Made by a program: the position numbers and the translations under genes. Positions 18,767-28,936 of a stretch of DNA of 64,000 bases are shown here, in pieces. The DNA is taken from contig CBDDLN010000002.1 of assembly GCA_965230705.1 (NCBI GenBank), positions 2,052,339-2,116,338 on the forward strand, given 5' to 3'. Source of the stretch: Roseibium sp. (GTDB lineage: Bacteria > Pseudomonadota > Alphaproteobacteria > Rhizobiales > Stappiaceae). Position 1 is the stretch's first letter; each line of letters opens with the position of its first letter. The notes under the pieces were generated by a model. That model worked only from the letters and a program-made list of their open reading frames with translations. It did not search any database and had not been told where the DNA came from.

Positions 18767-19945
18767 TTGTTGGCCAATCCGACCTTCCCTCATACCGTCC
18801 TGCAGGTCATTCCCGATCTGGTAACCGGAGGTGCAGAACGCACCACCGTCGATGTTGCCGCCGCAATTGTGAATGCGGGAGGCAAGGCCATCATCGCCAG
18901 TCAGGGCGGACAAATGGTGGAAGAACTGCTTAAAGCCGGAGCGGTTCACCTGGACATGCCGGTCAAATCCAAGAACCCGTTTGTGATCTGGCAGAATGCC
19001 TATCGGCTGGCGGCGGCAATCAAGACCCACAAGGTTGACGTCATTCATGCCCGCAGCCGGGCTCCTGCCTGGTCGGCTCTTATGGCGGCAAGGCGCACTG
19101 GCATCCCGTTTGTGACCACCTATCACGGTATCTATTCCCAAAAAGGCCGTGCAAAGGCGCTCTACAATTCGGTGATGGCGCGCGGCGATGCAGTTATTGC
19201 CAACTCCAGATATACCGCTGATCTGATTGCCGAACGGCACCCCTTTGCGAAGGACAACATCACGGTCATCTATCGCGGCTCGGACCTCTCTGCACTTGCT
19301 CCGGCTTCAGTCGACAACAGCCGCAAACAGGCGCTTTCTGAAGATTGGGGCCTGGAGAAAGGCCGCCCGGTCATTCTTCAGCTCGCCCGCGTGACCGGTT
19401 GGAAAGGCCAGCGCGTTGTCATTGAAGCCATGGCAAAACTGCGTGATGCAGGCGAAACCGCTCCCATCGCGATCCTGGCCGGGGACGCCCAGGGGCGGGA
19501 CGCTTACCTTTGGGACCTGCGCGACCGGATCGCCAAGAACCGCCTGCAGGATCAGGTCAGACTGGTTGGCCACTGCGCCGATGTACCGGCCGCCCTCGCC
19601 CTGGCGGATATTTCCGTTGTTGCCTCTGTGGAACCGGAAGCCTTTGGCCGCGCCGCGGTTGAGGCTCAAGCCGCTGATGTTCCAGTTGTCGTTTCTGATC
19701 TTGGCGCTGTTCCTGAAACCGTTTTGGCGCCGCCGGAATATCCCGATGAGGATCGCACTGGCTGGCGCGTACCGCCGGGTGATGCAGAAGCGCTCTCCGT
19801 TGCTCTCCGCCACGCCCTTGCGCTCTCATCATCAGAACGCGCGGCGCTGACGGCCCGCGCTCGCGATCACGTTACACGTCAGTTTTCAGTCGAGACCATG
19901 TGCGAGCGGACACTGGCTGTTTACCGGCAAGTCCTAAGCAGCTAG
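18767..19945 (+). CDS. Glycosyltransferase family 4
   Basis: TGGAER, IHARSRAPAW, VTTYHG, PEAFGRAAVEA (ExFGxxxxE). Confidence 0.93.
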   Translation: MLANPTFPHTVLQVIPDLVTGGAERTTVDVAAAIVNAGGKAIIASQGGQMVEELLKAGAVHLDMPVKSKNPFVIWQNAYRLAAAIKTHKVDVIHARSRAPAWSALMAARRTGIPFVTTYHGIYSQKGRAKALYNSVMARGDAVIANSRYTADLIAERHPFAKDNITVIYRGSDLSALAPASVDNSRKQALSEDWGLEKGRPVILQLARVTGWKGQRVVIEAMAKLRDAGETAPIAILAGDAQGRDAYLWDLRDRIAKNRLQDQVRLVGHCADVPAALALADISVVASVEPEAFGRAAVEAQAADVPVVVSDLGAVPETVLAPPEYPDEDRTGWRVPPGDAEALSVALRHALALSSSERAALTARARDHVTRQFSVETMCERTLAVYRQVLSS

Positions 19946-20470
19946 GGGATAGGCCTCCTCAACCAGGTAAGGTCCGCCACCAACGCTTGCCTTTGCCGAG
20001 AACAGGACAAACCGCCCAACCGTAAATGTTGGCGCCTGGAAGTTGCCGCGCTCCGAAAGCCACTTGGCGACATCCTCATTGGTGGACGAGCGGCAACGGG
20101 CGACCGTGACATGCGGTGTATATTTGCGCCGCTCCGGCGGCAGGCCAATTCGCTGAAATATCCGTTCCTGTTCAGCCTGAAGCTCGCTCAGTTCATCGGA
20201 GGGTTCGACCCGCGCCCATACCGCATGCGGCTTGCCGTTGCCGAAGGACCCCAAGCCAGACAGCCGGATGTCGATCGGGTTCCTATGGACACGGTCAAGC
20301 GCAGCAGCCACTTCATCGGCTGTCCGGTCATCGATATCGCCGATGAAGCGAAGTGTTATGTGGTAGTTTTCCGGGTCGATCCAGCGCGCGCCCCGAAGGC
20401 CGCCTCGGAGCATGGAAAGCATGAGTCCCGTCTGTGATGGGATCTCAAGACCTGTAAACAAACGCGGCAT
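19934..20470 (-). CDS. thpR: RNA 2',3'-cyclic phosphodiesterase (2H family)
   Basis: MPRLFTGL, YHITLRFIG and PHVTVAR (two HxT motifs). Confidence 0.93.
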   Translation of the reverse strand: MPRLFTGLEIPSQTGLMLSMLRGGLRGARWIDPENYHITLRFIGDIDDRTADEVAAALDRVHRNPIDIRLSGLGSFGNGKPHAVWARVEPSDELSELQAEQERIFQRIGLPPERRKYTPHVTVARCRSSTNEDVAKWLSERGNFQAPTFTVGRFVLFSAKASVGGGPYLVEEAYPLAA

Positions 20471-20696
20471 GGGATGCCCCTCCGCTGGTGCTGATTGACC
20501 CATGAGGAATCAACTTTGCGCCCTACGCAAGGGAAAATCGTAAGCTACTGAAAATGAATCCCAATTGTGCCGGTGTGAAAACGCAGCTACCTGTCAGTTT
20601 CCGTGACTTTAGCAGTTTGAGTTCATTTGATTCGATGTCACAAAACCGTCAAACACACGTAATTTCAACAGCTTGCCACAATTGCAAATGTGCGGT

Positions 20697-21749
20697 CTAA
20701 GGTGCCGGATTGCCGCGCAACTGGTGGATGGCATCGATTTTTTGCAGCACATCCTCGCTGAGCGTCACATTCGCTGAAGCCAAATTTGTTTCCAGCTGGT
20801 CCATGTGTGTGGCGCCAATGATCACCGACGTCATGAAGCTGCGGCTGCGCGCAAATGCTAGCGCCATTTGCGCCGGATCCAGTCCAGCTTCCCCGGCCAA
20901 CCCGACATAGTCACTCACCGCCCGTTCAGAGCCAGGCTTCTGATATCTCTGCAGACGGTTGAAGAGGGTTTTGCGGGCACCTCTTGGCAGCGCGCCATTC
21001 ATGTATTTGCCTGTGAGATACCCCTGTGCCAGCGGAGAATAGGCCAGCAAACCCACGTTTTCCCGATGCGCGACTTCCGCCAGATTGACCTCAAACGTCC
21101 GGTTGATCAGCGAGTACGCGTTCTGGATCGAAACCGGGCGCGGAAGGCCGTTTGCCTCCGCGGCAGCCACATAGGTCATCGCTCCCCAGGAGCTTTCGTT
21201 GGACAACCCCACATGGCGGATCTTGCCGGCCTTCACCAGATCGGCCATCACCTCAAGCGTGCTTTCAATCGAGTTTTCATCTTCGGCCGCTGGCACATGG
21301 CTCCACCGGGTCGGATTTGAGCCAAAGCCGGAGATTTCACGATCCGCCCAATGGATCTGATAAAGATCGATATAGTCGGTTTGAAGATTTTTCAGGCTGG
21401 CATCGACAGCCTCTTCGATCTGCGCCCTGGTCAGGCGGCCCTTTGAGCCATCTTTGCGAAACCAGTCCATGTCCGTGCGGCCAACAACCTTCGTGGCAAG
21501 AACAACACTCTCCCGGTTACCGCGCTGTATCATCCAGTTACCGATTATGCGTTCCGTCCTGCCCTGCGTGTGCCGGTTCGGCGGAACGGGATAGAGCTCC
21601 GCCGTATCCAGAAAATTGACGCCGAACTCAAATGCCAGGTCCATCTGGGCATGGCCCTCACGTTCGGTGTTTTGCTCACCAAATGTCATGGTTCCAAGGC
21701 ACAGGCTGCTGACGGTCAAATCGGTACGGCCAAGGCGGCGATAATCCAT
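20697..21749 (-). CDS. Aldo/keto reductase (Tas-like)
   Basis: LGTMTFGEQN, DTAELY, DLYQIHW, GLSNE, AYSPLAQG. Confidence 0.92.
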   Translation of the reverse strand: MDYRRLGRTDLTVSSLCLGTMTFGEQNTEREGHAQMDLAFEFGVNFLDTAELYPVPPNRHTQGRTERIIGNWMIQRGNRESVVLATKVVGRTDMDWFRKDGSKGRLTRAQIEEAVDASLKNLQTDYIDLYQIHWADREISGFGSNPTRWSHVPAAEDENSIESTLEVMADLVKAGKIRHVGLSNESSWGAMTYVAAAEANGLPRPVSIQNAYSLINRTFEVNLAEVAHRENVGLLAYSPLAQGYLTGKYMNGALPRGARKTLFNRLQRYQKPGSERAVSDYVGLAGEAGLDPAQMALAFARSRSFMTSVIIGATHMDQLETNLASANVTLSEDVLQKIDAIHQLRGNPAP

Positions 21750-21802
21750 GGGAAGCTCTTTCGAAAATCAGTTTCAGGCGGGAAATACGGAGATCAGCCG
21801 GA

Positions 21803-22447
21803 TCAGGATGATCCGGCACGGGCAAGGAGTTCTTCCACCGCCGGTAGCACATTCCGCACAATGACGGAAACGCCCTCTCCGGTCGGATGCAGGCCGTCGG
21901 GGAGATTGAGCTCCTGCTTCATCGCTACCCCCTCCAGGAAGAACGGATAGAGCAATGCGCCATGCGCCTTGGCAACTTCGGCAAAAATCAAATCGAATTT
22001 CAAAGCATATTCGTCGCCAAGATTTCTCGGCGCAAGCATGCCGGCCACAAGAACTTCAACGCCCCGCTCAGTCAACCGGGCAACGATCGCGTCGATGTTT
22101 TCGCGGGTTTTTTCCGGCGGCAGGCCGCGAAGGGCATCATTGGCACCAAGTTCGAGAATCACTGCATCGGCATCCTCGCCAACCGACCAATCCAGACGCG
22201 ACAGGCCTCCGGAACTGGTATCGCCCGATACGCCCGCGTTGACGACTTCCACGTCATGGCCGTTGGCCTCAAGCGCTTTTTGAAGCTGAACGGGAAACGC
22301 CTGATCGGGCGGCAACTGGTAGCCGGCAGACAGGCTATCGCCCAAAACAACAAGCTTGAGCGTCTCTGCTGCAGCAGGCTGAACAAAGATCATGGCAAGC
22401 GCGAACAGTGCGGCGGAGACATTTTGATACAATTTTGACCCCATCAA
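21803..22447 (-). CDS. tesA: SGNH arylesterase/thioesterase I
   Basis: Signal peptide, GDSLSAG, NAGVSGDT, ELGANDALRG, DGLHP. Confidence 0.93.
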   Translation of the reverse strand: MMGSKLYQNVSAALFALAMIFVQPAAAETLKLVVLGDSLSAGYQLPPDQAFPVQLQKALEANGHDVEVVNAGVSGDTSSGGLSRLDWSVGEDADAVILELGANDALRGLPPEKTRENIDAIVARLTERGVEVLVAGMLAPRNLGDEYALKFDLIFAEVAKAHGALLYPFFLEGVAMKQELNLPDGLHPTGEGVSVIVRNVLPAVEELLARAGSS

Positions 22448-22602
22448 AGGACTGGTTAGCCTCTTGTTTAGACCCCATATGACCGCGGAGCGGTCGTGGA
22501 CGGAATTTCGTCCGGGGCGATTTTGATCCGTATTTAACGTGCCCGGCGTATACCGGTCACAATGGGCCGGTTTCTCGGTTCAGATATATATAGGCCTTGC
22601 GA

Positions 22603-23322
22603 ATGACAAATGGACCAGTGATTGCCCTCAAAGATGTTCACTTGACCCTCGGCGAGGGCGCCGGACGGGTTCATATCCTCAAAGGGATCGATCTTCAGAT
22701 TGAAAAAGGCACCTCGGTTGGACTGGTAGGGCCTTCGGGCTCCGGCAAGTCGACGCTGCTGATGGTCATGGCCGGGCTGGAGCGATCCGACGCGGGTACG
22801 GTCAATATTGCCGGATCTGAACTAGGACCGCTTTCGGAAGATCAGCTCGCCCAATTCCGCGGCCGCAACGTCGGTATTATCTTCCAGTCATTCCACCTCG
22901 TTCCCAACATGACCGCCCTGGAAAACGTGGCCGTTCCGCTGGAACTCAGCGGCGATCGGAATGCATTCGACAAGGCACGAAACGAACTGGAAGCCGTCGG
23001 CCTTGGCCACCGGCTGCACCATTACCCGGCACAGCTATCAGGCGGTGAGCAACAGCGGGTCGCCGTTGCCCGGGCCCTGGTAACCGAACCACAAATTCTC
23101 ATTGCTGATGAACCTACCGGCAATCTGGACGATGACACCGGCGCACAGATTGTCGAACTGATGTTCGCCGCTCAAAGGGACCGCAAGACCACTTTGGTTC
23201 TCGTCACCCACGATCCGGGGCTCGCAGAGCGGTGCGATCGAGTCATACGCGTCCGGTCGGGTGAAATTGATGAATATGTTCAGGACGAACCGGCACTGGT
23301 ACGCAGCGAGGCTGGCGAATGA
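22603..23322 (+). CDS. ybbA: ABC transporter ATP-binding protein (YbbA-like)
   Basis: [28 protein letters not shown]; divergent from tesA. Confidence 0.9.
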   Translation: MTNGPVIALKDVHLTLGEGAGRVHILKGIDLQIEKGTSVGLVGPSGSGKSTLLMVMAGLERSDAGTVNIAGSELGPLSEDQLAQFRGRNVGIIFQSFHLVPNMTALENVAVPLELSGDRNAFDKARNELEAVGLGHRLHHYPAQLSGGEQQRVAVARALVTEPQILIADEPTGNLDDDTGAQIVELMFAAQRDRKTTLVLVTHDPGLAERCDRVIRVRSGEIDEYVQDEPALVRSEAGE

Positions 23323-25889
23323 ACACCGCCAACTCAAGAACCTCCGGCGCCGGGCCGAGGCTTGCGGCCCGTTTCGCACTCCGTGAACTGCGTGGCGGTC
23401 TAAAGGGATTTTACATTTTCATTGCCTGTATTGCCCTCGGCGTTGCGACCATCGCAGGCGTGACCTCCGTTTCCAGAGCTTTGACGGAAGGCATTGCCCA
23501 GGAAGGCCAGGCGATTTTGGGCGGAGACCTCTCGTTTTCACTGATCCACCGGGAGACTGATGCAAGAGAGCAGGCTTTTCTGGAAGAGCAGGGCACTGTG
23601 TCGCGCGTAGCAACCCTGCGTGCCATGGCCCGCAAACTGGACACCGGTGATCAGACGCTGGTCGAACTCAAGGCAGTTGATGGCGCTTATCCGCTATACG
23701 GCACACTAAAACTAACGGACGGCAGCGCTCTTGCCGATGCGCTCCAGCGGGAAAATGGCGCTTGGGGCGCAGCGGTGGATTTTGCGCTTTTGGCCCGCCT
23801 AGGCGTCAAGGAAGGCGACGTGCTTGGGCTGGGCAACACCAAAATCCGGATCAACGCTATCGTCGAAAATGAACCGGACAAACTTGCAAGCGGCATGGAC
23901 CTGGGACCTCGGCTGATGATCTCAGACACTGCTATCGCTGACACCGGCCTCGTTCAGCCCGGCAGCCTGGTGCGCTGGCGTTACCGCGTGAAACTGGATG
24001 GATCGCCGACAGACGAGGCGCTGAAAAGCGTCATATCCGCCGCCAAGGAAGAACATCCCCAAGCCGGGTGGCGCATTCGGTCGCGTGCTAATGCGGCACC
24101 TGGTTTACAGCGGAACATCGGCCGCTTCGCCCAATTCCTGACGCTGGTCGGCTTGACCGCACTTGTGGTCGGCGGCGTTGGTGTTGCCAATGCCATCCGC
24201 GCCTATCTTGAAACAAAGCGTGATGTCATTGCCAGCTTCAAATGCCTTGGCGCGACTGGAGGCTTTGCCTTTCAGGTTTATCTGTTCCAGATGCTGGTGT
24301 TGGCGACCATTGGCATTGCCATCGGCCTTGTGATTGGCGCCCTGATCCCGTTTGCCGCCGCTGCGGCGCTATCTGGTGTACTTCCTGTCAATCTTGCCGC
24401 TTCAATTTACCCAACGGAGCTGGGTCTTGGCCTGATATACGGGTATCTCACTGCGCTCGCATTCGCGCTCTGGCCTCTTGGACGGGCGCACGACGTTCCG
24501 CCAACCGCCCTCTTTCGTGATCTCGTTTCGGGAAAAATTAGGTTGCCGCGCAAACGGTATCTGTTTGCGACTGCTGCCATGGTCGCGACACTGGCGACCA
24601 TTGCGATCGCGCTGTCTCACGATCAAAGGATCGCGGGCATATACATTGGCGCCTCGGCAGGGGCCTTTGTTCTGCTGGTTTTGGTGGCAAGGGGCATCAT
24701 GTCCATTGCACGCCGGTTGCCCGCAGTCCGGTCGACCGAATTGCGGCTTGCCATTTCCAACATTCACCGGCCAGGTGCTTTGACGCCTTCGGTTGTGTTG
24801 TCTCTCGGCCTTGGCCTCAGCCTGCTCGTGGCACTGGCTCTGATTGACGGCAACTTGCGGCGCGAACTGACCGCAACAATCGCAGATCAGGCGCCAAGTT
24901 TCTTCTTCGTCGACATCCAGAGCCACGAACGGGATTCGTTTGAGGCAATGCTGAACGCGGAGACGACCGGCGCGGACCTGCAAAGTGTTCCGATGCTGAG
25001 GGGACGGCTTGTCGCCCTGAAAGGTGTCTCGACCTCCGAAATAAAGGCACCGCCGGAAGCTGCCTGGGTGTTGCGCGGCGATCGAGGTATTACCTATCAG
25101 GCAACGCCGCCCGAAAACTCCAATATCGTTGAAGGAGACTGGTGGCCGTCAAACTATTCCGGAAAGCCCTTGGTGTCCTTCGAGGCGGAAGCCGCCGGAG
25201 AACTCGGGCTCGCAATCGGAGATGACATCACCGTCAATGTACTTGGACGGGAAATCACGGCGGAAATCGCCAATCTGCGGGATGTAGAATGGCAATCACT
25301 TGCCATCAACTTCATCATGGTGTTCTCGCCCAACACATTTGCCGGAGCCCCTCACGCCCATCTGATGACCCTTGGCTGGCCCGAGGATGTCGGCAGGGAT
25401 ACCGAACTGGGACTGCTTCGCACGGTCGCCAACACCTTCCCGACGGTGACTGCAGTCCGGGTCAAGGATGCCATTTCACAGGTGAACGATCTGGTCGCCC
25501 AGCTGGCCTGGGCAATCCGGGGTGCATCATCCGTCACACTGATCGCAAGTGTTCTGGTGCTGGCCGGTGCGCTGGCTGCCGGACACCGTAACCGGATTTA
25601 CGACGCGGTGATCCTGAAGACCCTTGGAGCAACCCGGACCCGCCTCATTCTGGCCTATGGCCTGGAATACGCCCTGCTCGGATTGGCGACAGCCGTATTT
25701 GCACTTGTGGCCGGAGGTCTCGCGGCCTGGTTCGTCGTCACCGAAATCATGGGTGGCAGTTTTGTCCTGCTCCCCGTGACGGCCGCAACCGCAGCCCTTG
25801 TTGCGCTGGTTCTCACCGTCGGCTTCGGCCTGATCGGCACATGGAAGGTTCTCGGCGAGAAGCCGGCACCGGTGCTGCGCAACCTTTAA
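23319..25889 (+). CDS. ybbP: ABC permease, duplicated FtsX domains (YbbP-like)
   Basis: RELRGG, ILGGD, FFFVDIQ, ILKTLGATR; 4-bp overlap with the ATPase gene. Confidence 0.9.
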   Translation: MNTANSRTSGAGPRLAARFALRELRGGLKGFYIFIACIALGVATIAGVTSVSRALTEGIAQEGQAILGGDLSFSLIHRETDAREQAFLEEQGTVSRVATLRAMARKLDTGDQTLVELKAVDGAYPLYGTLKLTDGSALADALQRENGAWGAAVDFALLARLGVKEGDVLGLGNTKIRINAIVENEPDKLASGMDLGPRLMISDTAIADTGLVQPGSLVRWRYRVKLDGSPTDEALKSVISAAKEEHPQAGWRIRSRANAAPGLQRNIGRFAQFLTLVGLTALVVGGVGVANAIRAYLETKRDVIASFKCLGATGGFAFQVYLFQMLVLATIGIAIGLVIGALIPFAAAAALSGVLPVNLAASIYPTELGLGLIYGYLTALAFALWPLGRAHDVPPTALFRDLVSGKIRLPRKRYLFATAAMVATLATIAIALSHDQRIAGIYIGASAGAFVLLVLVARGIMSIARRLPAVRSTELRLAISNIHRPGALTPSVVLSLGLGLSLLVALALIDGNLRRELTATIADQAPSFFFVDIQSHERDSFEAMLNAETTGADLQSVPMLRGRLVALKGVSTSEIKAPPEAAWVLRGDRGITYQATPPENSNIVEGDWWPSNYSGKPLVSFEAEAAGELGLAIGDDITVNVLGREITAEIANLRDVEWQSLAINFIMVFSPNTFAGAPHAHLMTLGWPEDVGRDTELGLLRTVANTFPTVTAVRVKDAISQVNDLVAQLAWAIRGASSVTLIASVLVLAGALAAGHRNRIYDAVILKTLGATRTRLILAYGLEYALLGLATAVFALVAGGLAAWFVVTEIMGGSFVLLPVTAATAALVALVLTVGFGLIGTWKVLGEKPAPVLRNL

Positions 25890-26012
25890 TGGAACGCCCG
25901 CTAAAATGGTATCCGCCGTATTTTTTGACGGCGGATATAGGGTTAATGCCAGCGGGAAGGCCAGAATTTGGTCGATCCGATGGAATCATTGCCAAATTTT
26001 CAGTATTTTCAT

Positions 26013-26041
26013 CTTGTTCTCTTAACCCGCTTTTCCCATAT
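26013..26041 (+). promoter_or_regulatory. RpoH-type promoter of yccA
   Basis: CTTGTT-N16-CCCATAT, against the rhizobial RpoH consensus CTTGAA-N15/16-CCTATAT. Confidence 0.55.
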
Positions 26042-26107
26042 TACGCGGGTAGACTGCCGCCCGGCCAATTTCGGGCGGTCATCCAATATCAAGAGGTATC
26101 TATTCGC

Positions 26108-26866
26108 ATGTCGACCTTCGACCGAAACACTCAGGCTTCTTATTCGGTAGCCGGCGCTCGTGCCGAAGCTGGCATCGATGAGGGCCTGCGCGCCTATATG
26201 CTGGGCGTTTACAACTACATGACCCTGGGCCTTGCCCTGACCGGTTTCTTTGCACTGGGCACTGTATTCCTGGCCGTTGACCAAACCGCTGGCGGCATGG
26301 CTCTGACACCGCTCGGCATGGCGCTCTACGGCAGCCCACTGAAGTGGGTGGTCATGCTTGCGCCTTTGGCGATGGTGTTCTTCCTGTCCTTCAAGATCCA
26401 GTCGATGAGCGCCTCGACCGCACGGACTACGTTCCTAATCTATGCGGCTGTAATGGGTATTTCCCTGTCGTCGATCTTCCTGGTTTACACCGGCGGCTCG
26501 ATTGCACGGGTGTTCTTCATCACCGCTGCAGCCTTCGGTGGCCTCAGCCTCTTCGGCTACACCACCAAGAAGGACCTGTCCGGCTGGGGTTCATTCCTGT
26601 TCATGGGTCTGATCGGCATCGTGATCGCCTCCATCGTGAACATCTTCCTGGCCTCTTCCGCCATGCAGTTCGCGATTTCCGTGATCGGCGTTCTGGTCTT
26701 CGCCGGCCTGACTGCCTACGACACACAGCAGATCAAGGAAATGTACTACGAAGGCGACACCAGTGAAGTCGCCACGAAGAAGTCCGTCATGGGCGCTCTG
26801 CGTCTCTACCTGGACTTCATCAACCTGTTCCTGATGCTACTGCAGCTGTTCGGCAACCGCGAATAA
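26108..26866 (+). CDS. Bax inhibitor-1/YccA family protein
   Basis: IDEGLRAYMLGVYNYM, GYTTKKDLSGWG, LTAYDTQQIK, ALRLYLDFINLF; ATG 26108 after AGAGGT. Confidence 0.95.
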   Translation: MSTFDRNTQASYSVAGARAEAGIDEGLRAYMLGVYNYMTLGLALTGFFALGTVFLAVDQTAGGMALTPLGMALYGSPLKWVVMLAPLAMVFFLSFKIQSMSASTARTTFLIYAAVMGISLSSIFLVYTGGSIARVFFITAAAFGGLSLFGYTTKKDLSGWGSFLFMGLIGIVIASIVNIFLASSAMQFAISVIGVLVFAGLTAYDTQQIKEMYYEGDTSEVATKKSVMGALRLYLDFINLFLMLLQLFGNRE

Positions 26867-26885
26867 GCGGCATCCTTCAGAACAA

Positions 26886-26919
26886 ACGAAAGCCCGGTCT
26901 TTGCACCGGGCTTTTTCGT
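26886..26919. terminator. Bidirectional terminator between yccA and DUF2794
   Basis: ACGAAAGCCCGGT-CTTTGC-ACCGGGCTTTTTCGT. Confidence 0.85.
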
Positions 26920-26957
26920 ATCTGGGAGCTCGTTGGTAGCCGCCGTATCAAACGGCT

Positions 26958-27347
26958 CTACACATCGACCACACGCAGGTGCTTTTTCTTTTCCAGAACA
27001 CGGAGCACCTGGGCCAGGTCGTGCCCCCGCTTCAAAATCATTCCGCCTGCGCCAACAACAGAATAGGCGCCCTGCCGGCGGGCCAGCTTCGGGTCTTTCT
27101 CGATACGGTAAAGCGGCATTTCTGAACTGCGCCGGAAGACGGAAAAAACCGCCCGGTCTTTCAACAGGTCCATCGCATAATCACGCCATTCACCATCAGC
27201 GACCATCCGGCCGTAGAGGCGCAATATCGTATCCAGTTCGCGGCGATTGAACGAGACGACAGGTTTTGCAATGGGATGCAAAGGACGCGCGGCAGCCGGC
27301 CCATTGCCAGCCCCGCGCTGGGACGCGCTGTCTTCGGTTTCGTTCAT
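26958..27347 (-). CDS. DUF2794 family protein
   Basis: FNRRELDTILRLYGRMVADGEWRDYAMD, YRIEKDPKLARRQG. Confidence 0.88.
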   Translation of the reverse strand: MNETEDSASQRGAGNGPAAARPLHPIAKPVVSFNRRELDTILRLYGRMVADGEWRDYAMDLLKDRAVFSVFRRSSEMPLYRIEKDPKLARRQGAYSVVGAGGMILKRGHDLAQVLRVLEKKKHLRVVDV

Positions 27348-27609
27348 TCCACCTCCCGCGCTGTCAGGACCACACCAGTCAAACTGGCCGGCACATCATC
27401 ACGCCTGTTTTGAACCAGACGATTGATGTCACCCAAATGTCATGATGCACCCCATCCCCGGGTTTTGGCAAGTGCAGGCCTTTACAGAATTCCAGCTGCC
27501 GATTTTCAGGAAATCCCTGAATTCTCTGGATTGCCATGAAAAAAATCATGTTTTTGCCGCAATCCAGCCCTTGGCCAGCCATTTTGGCTCACCATATTCA
27601 TATTATTCC

Positions 27610-27743
27610 CTGATGGGTACGAACGGTTTGGGTTTCGGAACGCATTAGCCCCCCAGCCCCCCGTTATTCGGATCGGTTCGGACCAGAGTTTAAGTATCAA
27701 ACATCAGGGCAACTGAAGGGCCGGCGTTCTGCCGGCCCTTTTC
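27610..27743 (+). ncRNA. Candidate structured small RNA or attenuator leader (unassigned)
   Basis: Several short hairpins ending in a strong terminator with no convincing upstream plus-strand gene; see findings. Confidence 0.4.
27716..27743 (+). terminator. Orphan intrinsic terminator upstream of the GNAT gene
   Basis: AAGGGCCGGC-GTTCT-GCCGGCCCTT-TTC (10-bp perfect stem). Confidence 0.8.
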
Positions 27744-27841
27744 GCATCTGGAGGCCGCGATGGTTCTAACCCGGTGCAACGGTCTTAACCTCAAGCCAAT
27801 TTCAGGCTTCCCCTCGCCGCCCTGTATTGTATCCTTCAAGG

Positions 27842-28363
27842 ATGACTACGGAACTCGTCGATCTGCGCCCGGCCGGGCCGGGAGACTGCGAGGCCCTCGC
27901 CGCCATTCACGGCGAGGCATGGCTGAACACTTACCGCGGCCTTTTGAATGGCGTGGAATTGCAGAAGCTGGTGACCCGGCGGGCTGCGTCATGGTGGCAA
28001 GGTGCGCTAGCCCGGGGCGTACAGATCCAGTTGTTGCAAGTCGCGGAAGAGCCCGCAGGATATGCCACGTTCGGCACTTGCCGCCTCCGAAATCTGGATA
28101 CTGAAGGCGAGATCTACGAACTCTATCTCAGGCCCGAATACCAGGGGCTGGGTTTCGGACGCACGCTCTTCGACACGGTTCGCAAGGAACTTGCCGCACA
28201 GAACCTATCCGGCCTGGCGGTTCAAGTGCTCAGTGACAACCATCCTGCCTGTGACTTCTACCGGGCGATCGGTGGCCGCTTCACCGCCAAATCCTGGTAC
28301 CGCAGCGCCGGCAAGAAAATGGGCCTGTCCATCTACACCTGGCCGCCGCTAGATACCCCGTGA
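27842..28363 (+). CDS. GNAT family N-acetyltransferase
   Basis: EIYELYLRPEYQGLGFGRTL, NHPACDFYRAIGG. Confidence 0.92.
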   Translation: MTTELVDLRPAGPGDCEALAAIHGEAWLNTYRGLLNGVELQKLVTRRAASWWQGALARGVQIQLLQVAEEPAGYATFGTCRLRNLDTEGEIYELYLRPEYQGLGFGRTLFDTVRKELAAQNLSGLAVQVLSDNHPACDFYRAIGGRFTAKSWYRSAGKKMGLSIYTWPPLDTP

Positions 28364-28375
28364 ATATCCGCGCCG

Positions 28376-28936
28376 TCAGTACAAACTGCCGGGATTTCCG
28401 ATTACGGTGGGTTCTTGTGAACAATCGTAGCTGCCGGCTAGCTGGTCGGCCGCTTGCCGGGCAAGAACATTTGCATTCTTGTTGGCCTGAGCATCTATGC
28501 GGGCGATTTGACAGGTCTGGCCAGGAACAAGCTGCGTTACGATCAAAATACTGCCCAGCTTACCGCCATCCCCCTTGTCTGGAAACCAGCGCAGGATCGT
28601 CGCAAAAGGCCGGCCATTGCTGAGCCGCCACTCCAAGGTCTCGTTGACGCTGTTGAAATTCGGCAGTGTCTGTCCAGCGGCCGGTTCATTGTCCGCATCG
28701 GCGCCAAAGGAGACAAACATCCGCAGGTCACCTTCGGCCACATAGACCGGAATTCCGGCATAACCACCGCAGATCCACGAACCGCCAAAGGTTCCCTCGC
28801 CTTCGCTGGGCGCTTCAAACACCTGGCATTGTTCAAGCTTTACTTTCGTGTAGGCGCTCGAAATGTTGCCACCCAGAGCGATCGCGGGTGTCATTGCCAT
28901 GCAGGCAAAAACCAGAAGAGATTTCAAGAAACGCAT
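28376..28936 (-). CDS. Secreted hypothetical protein with four Cys
   Basis: Signal peptide, EGDLRMFVSFG, FNSVNETLEWR, PFATILRW, CQIARID. Confidence 0.75.
   Translation of the reverse strand: MRFLKSLLVFACMAMTPAIALGGNISSAYTKVKLEQCQVFEAPSEGEGTFGGSWICGGYAGIPVYVAEGDLRMFVSFGADADNEPAAGQTLPNFNSVNETLEWRLSNGRPFATILRWFPDKGDGGKLGSILIVTQLVPGQTCQIARIDAQANKNANVLARQAADQLAGSYDCSQEPTVIGNPGSLY

Noticed and set aside
16240-19945. Short 3' overlaps of convergent genes (AEC/gluQ, alkA/hydrolase, GT4/thpR)
   Set aside because: Overlaps of 4-12 bp are common and need no special explanation.
27532-27548. TGCCATGAAAAAAATCA resembling the NtrC-type boxes
   Set aside because: Single copy, with no correctly spaced sigma54 GG-N10-GC found on either strand nearby.
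27637-27665. GGAAC...CGTT as an EcfG (sigmaT/RpoE2) promoter
   Set aside because: The spacer is 20 bp, longer than the usual 16-17 bp, and it lies inside the putative RNA.
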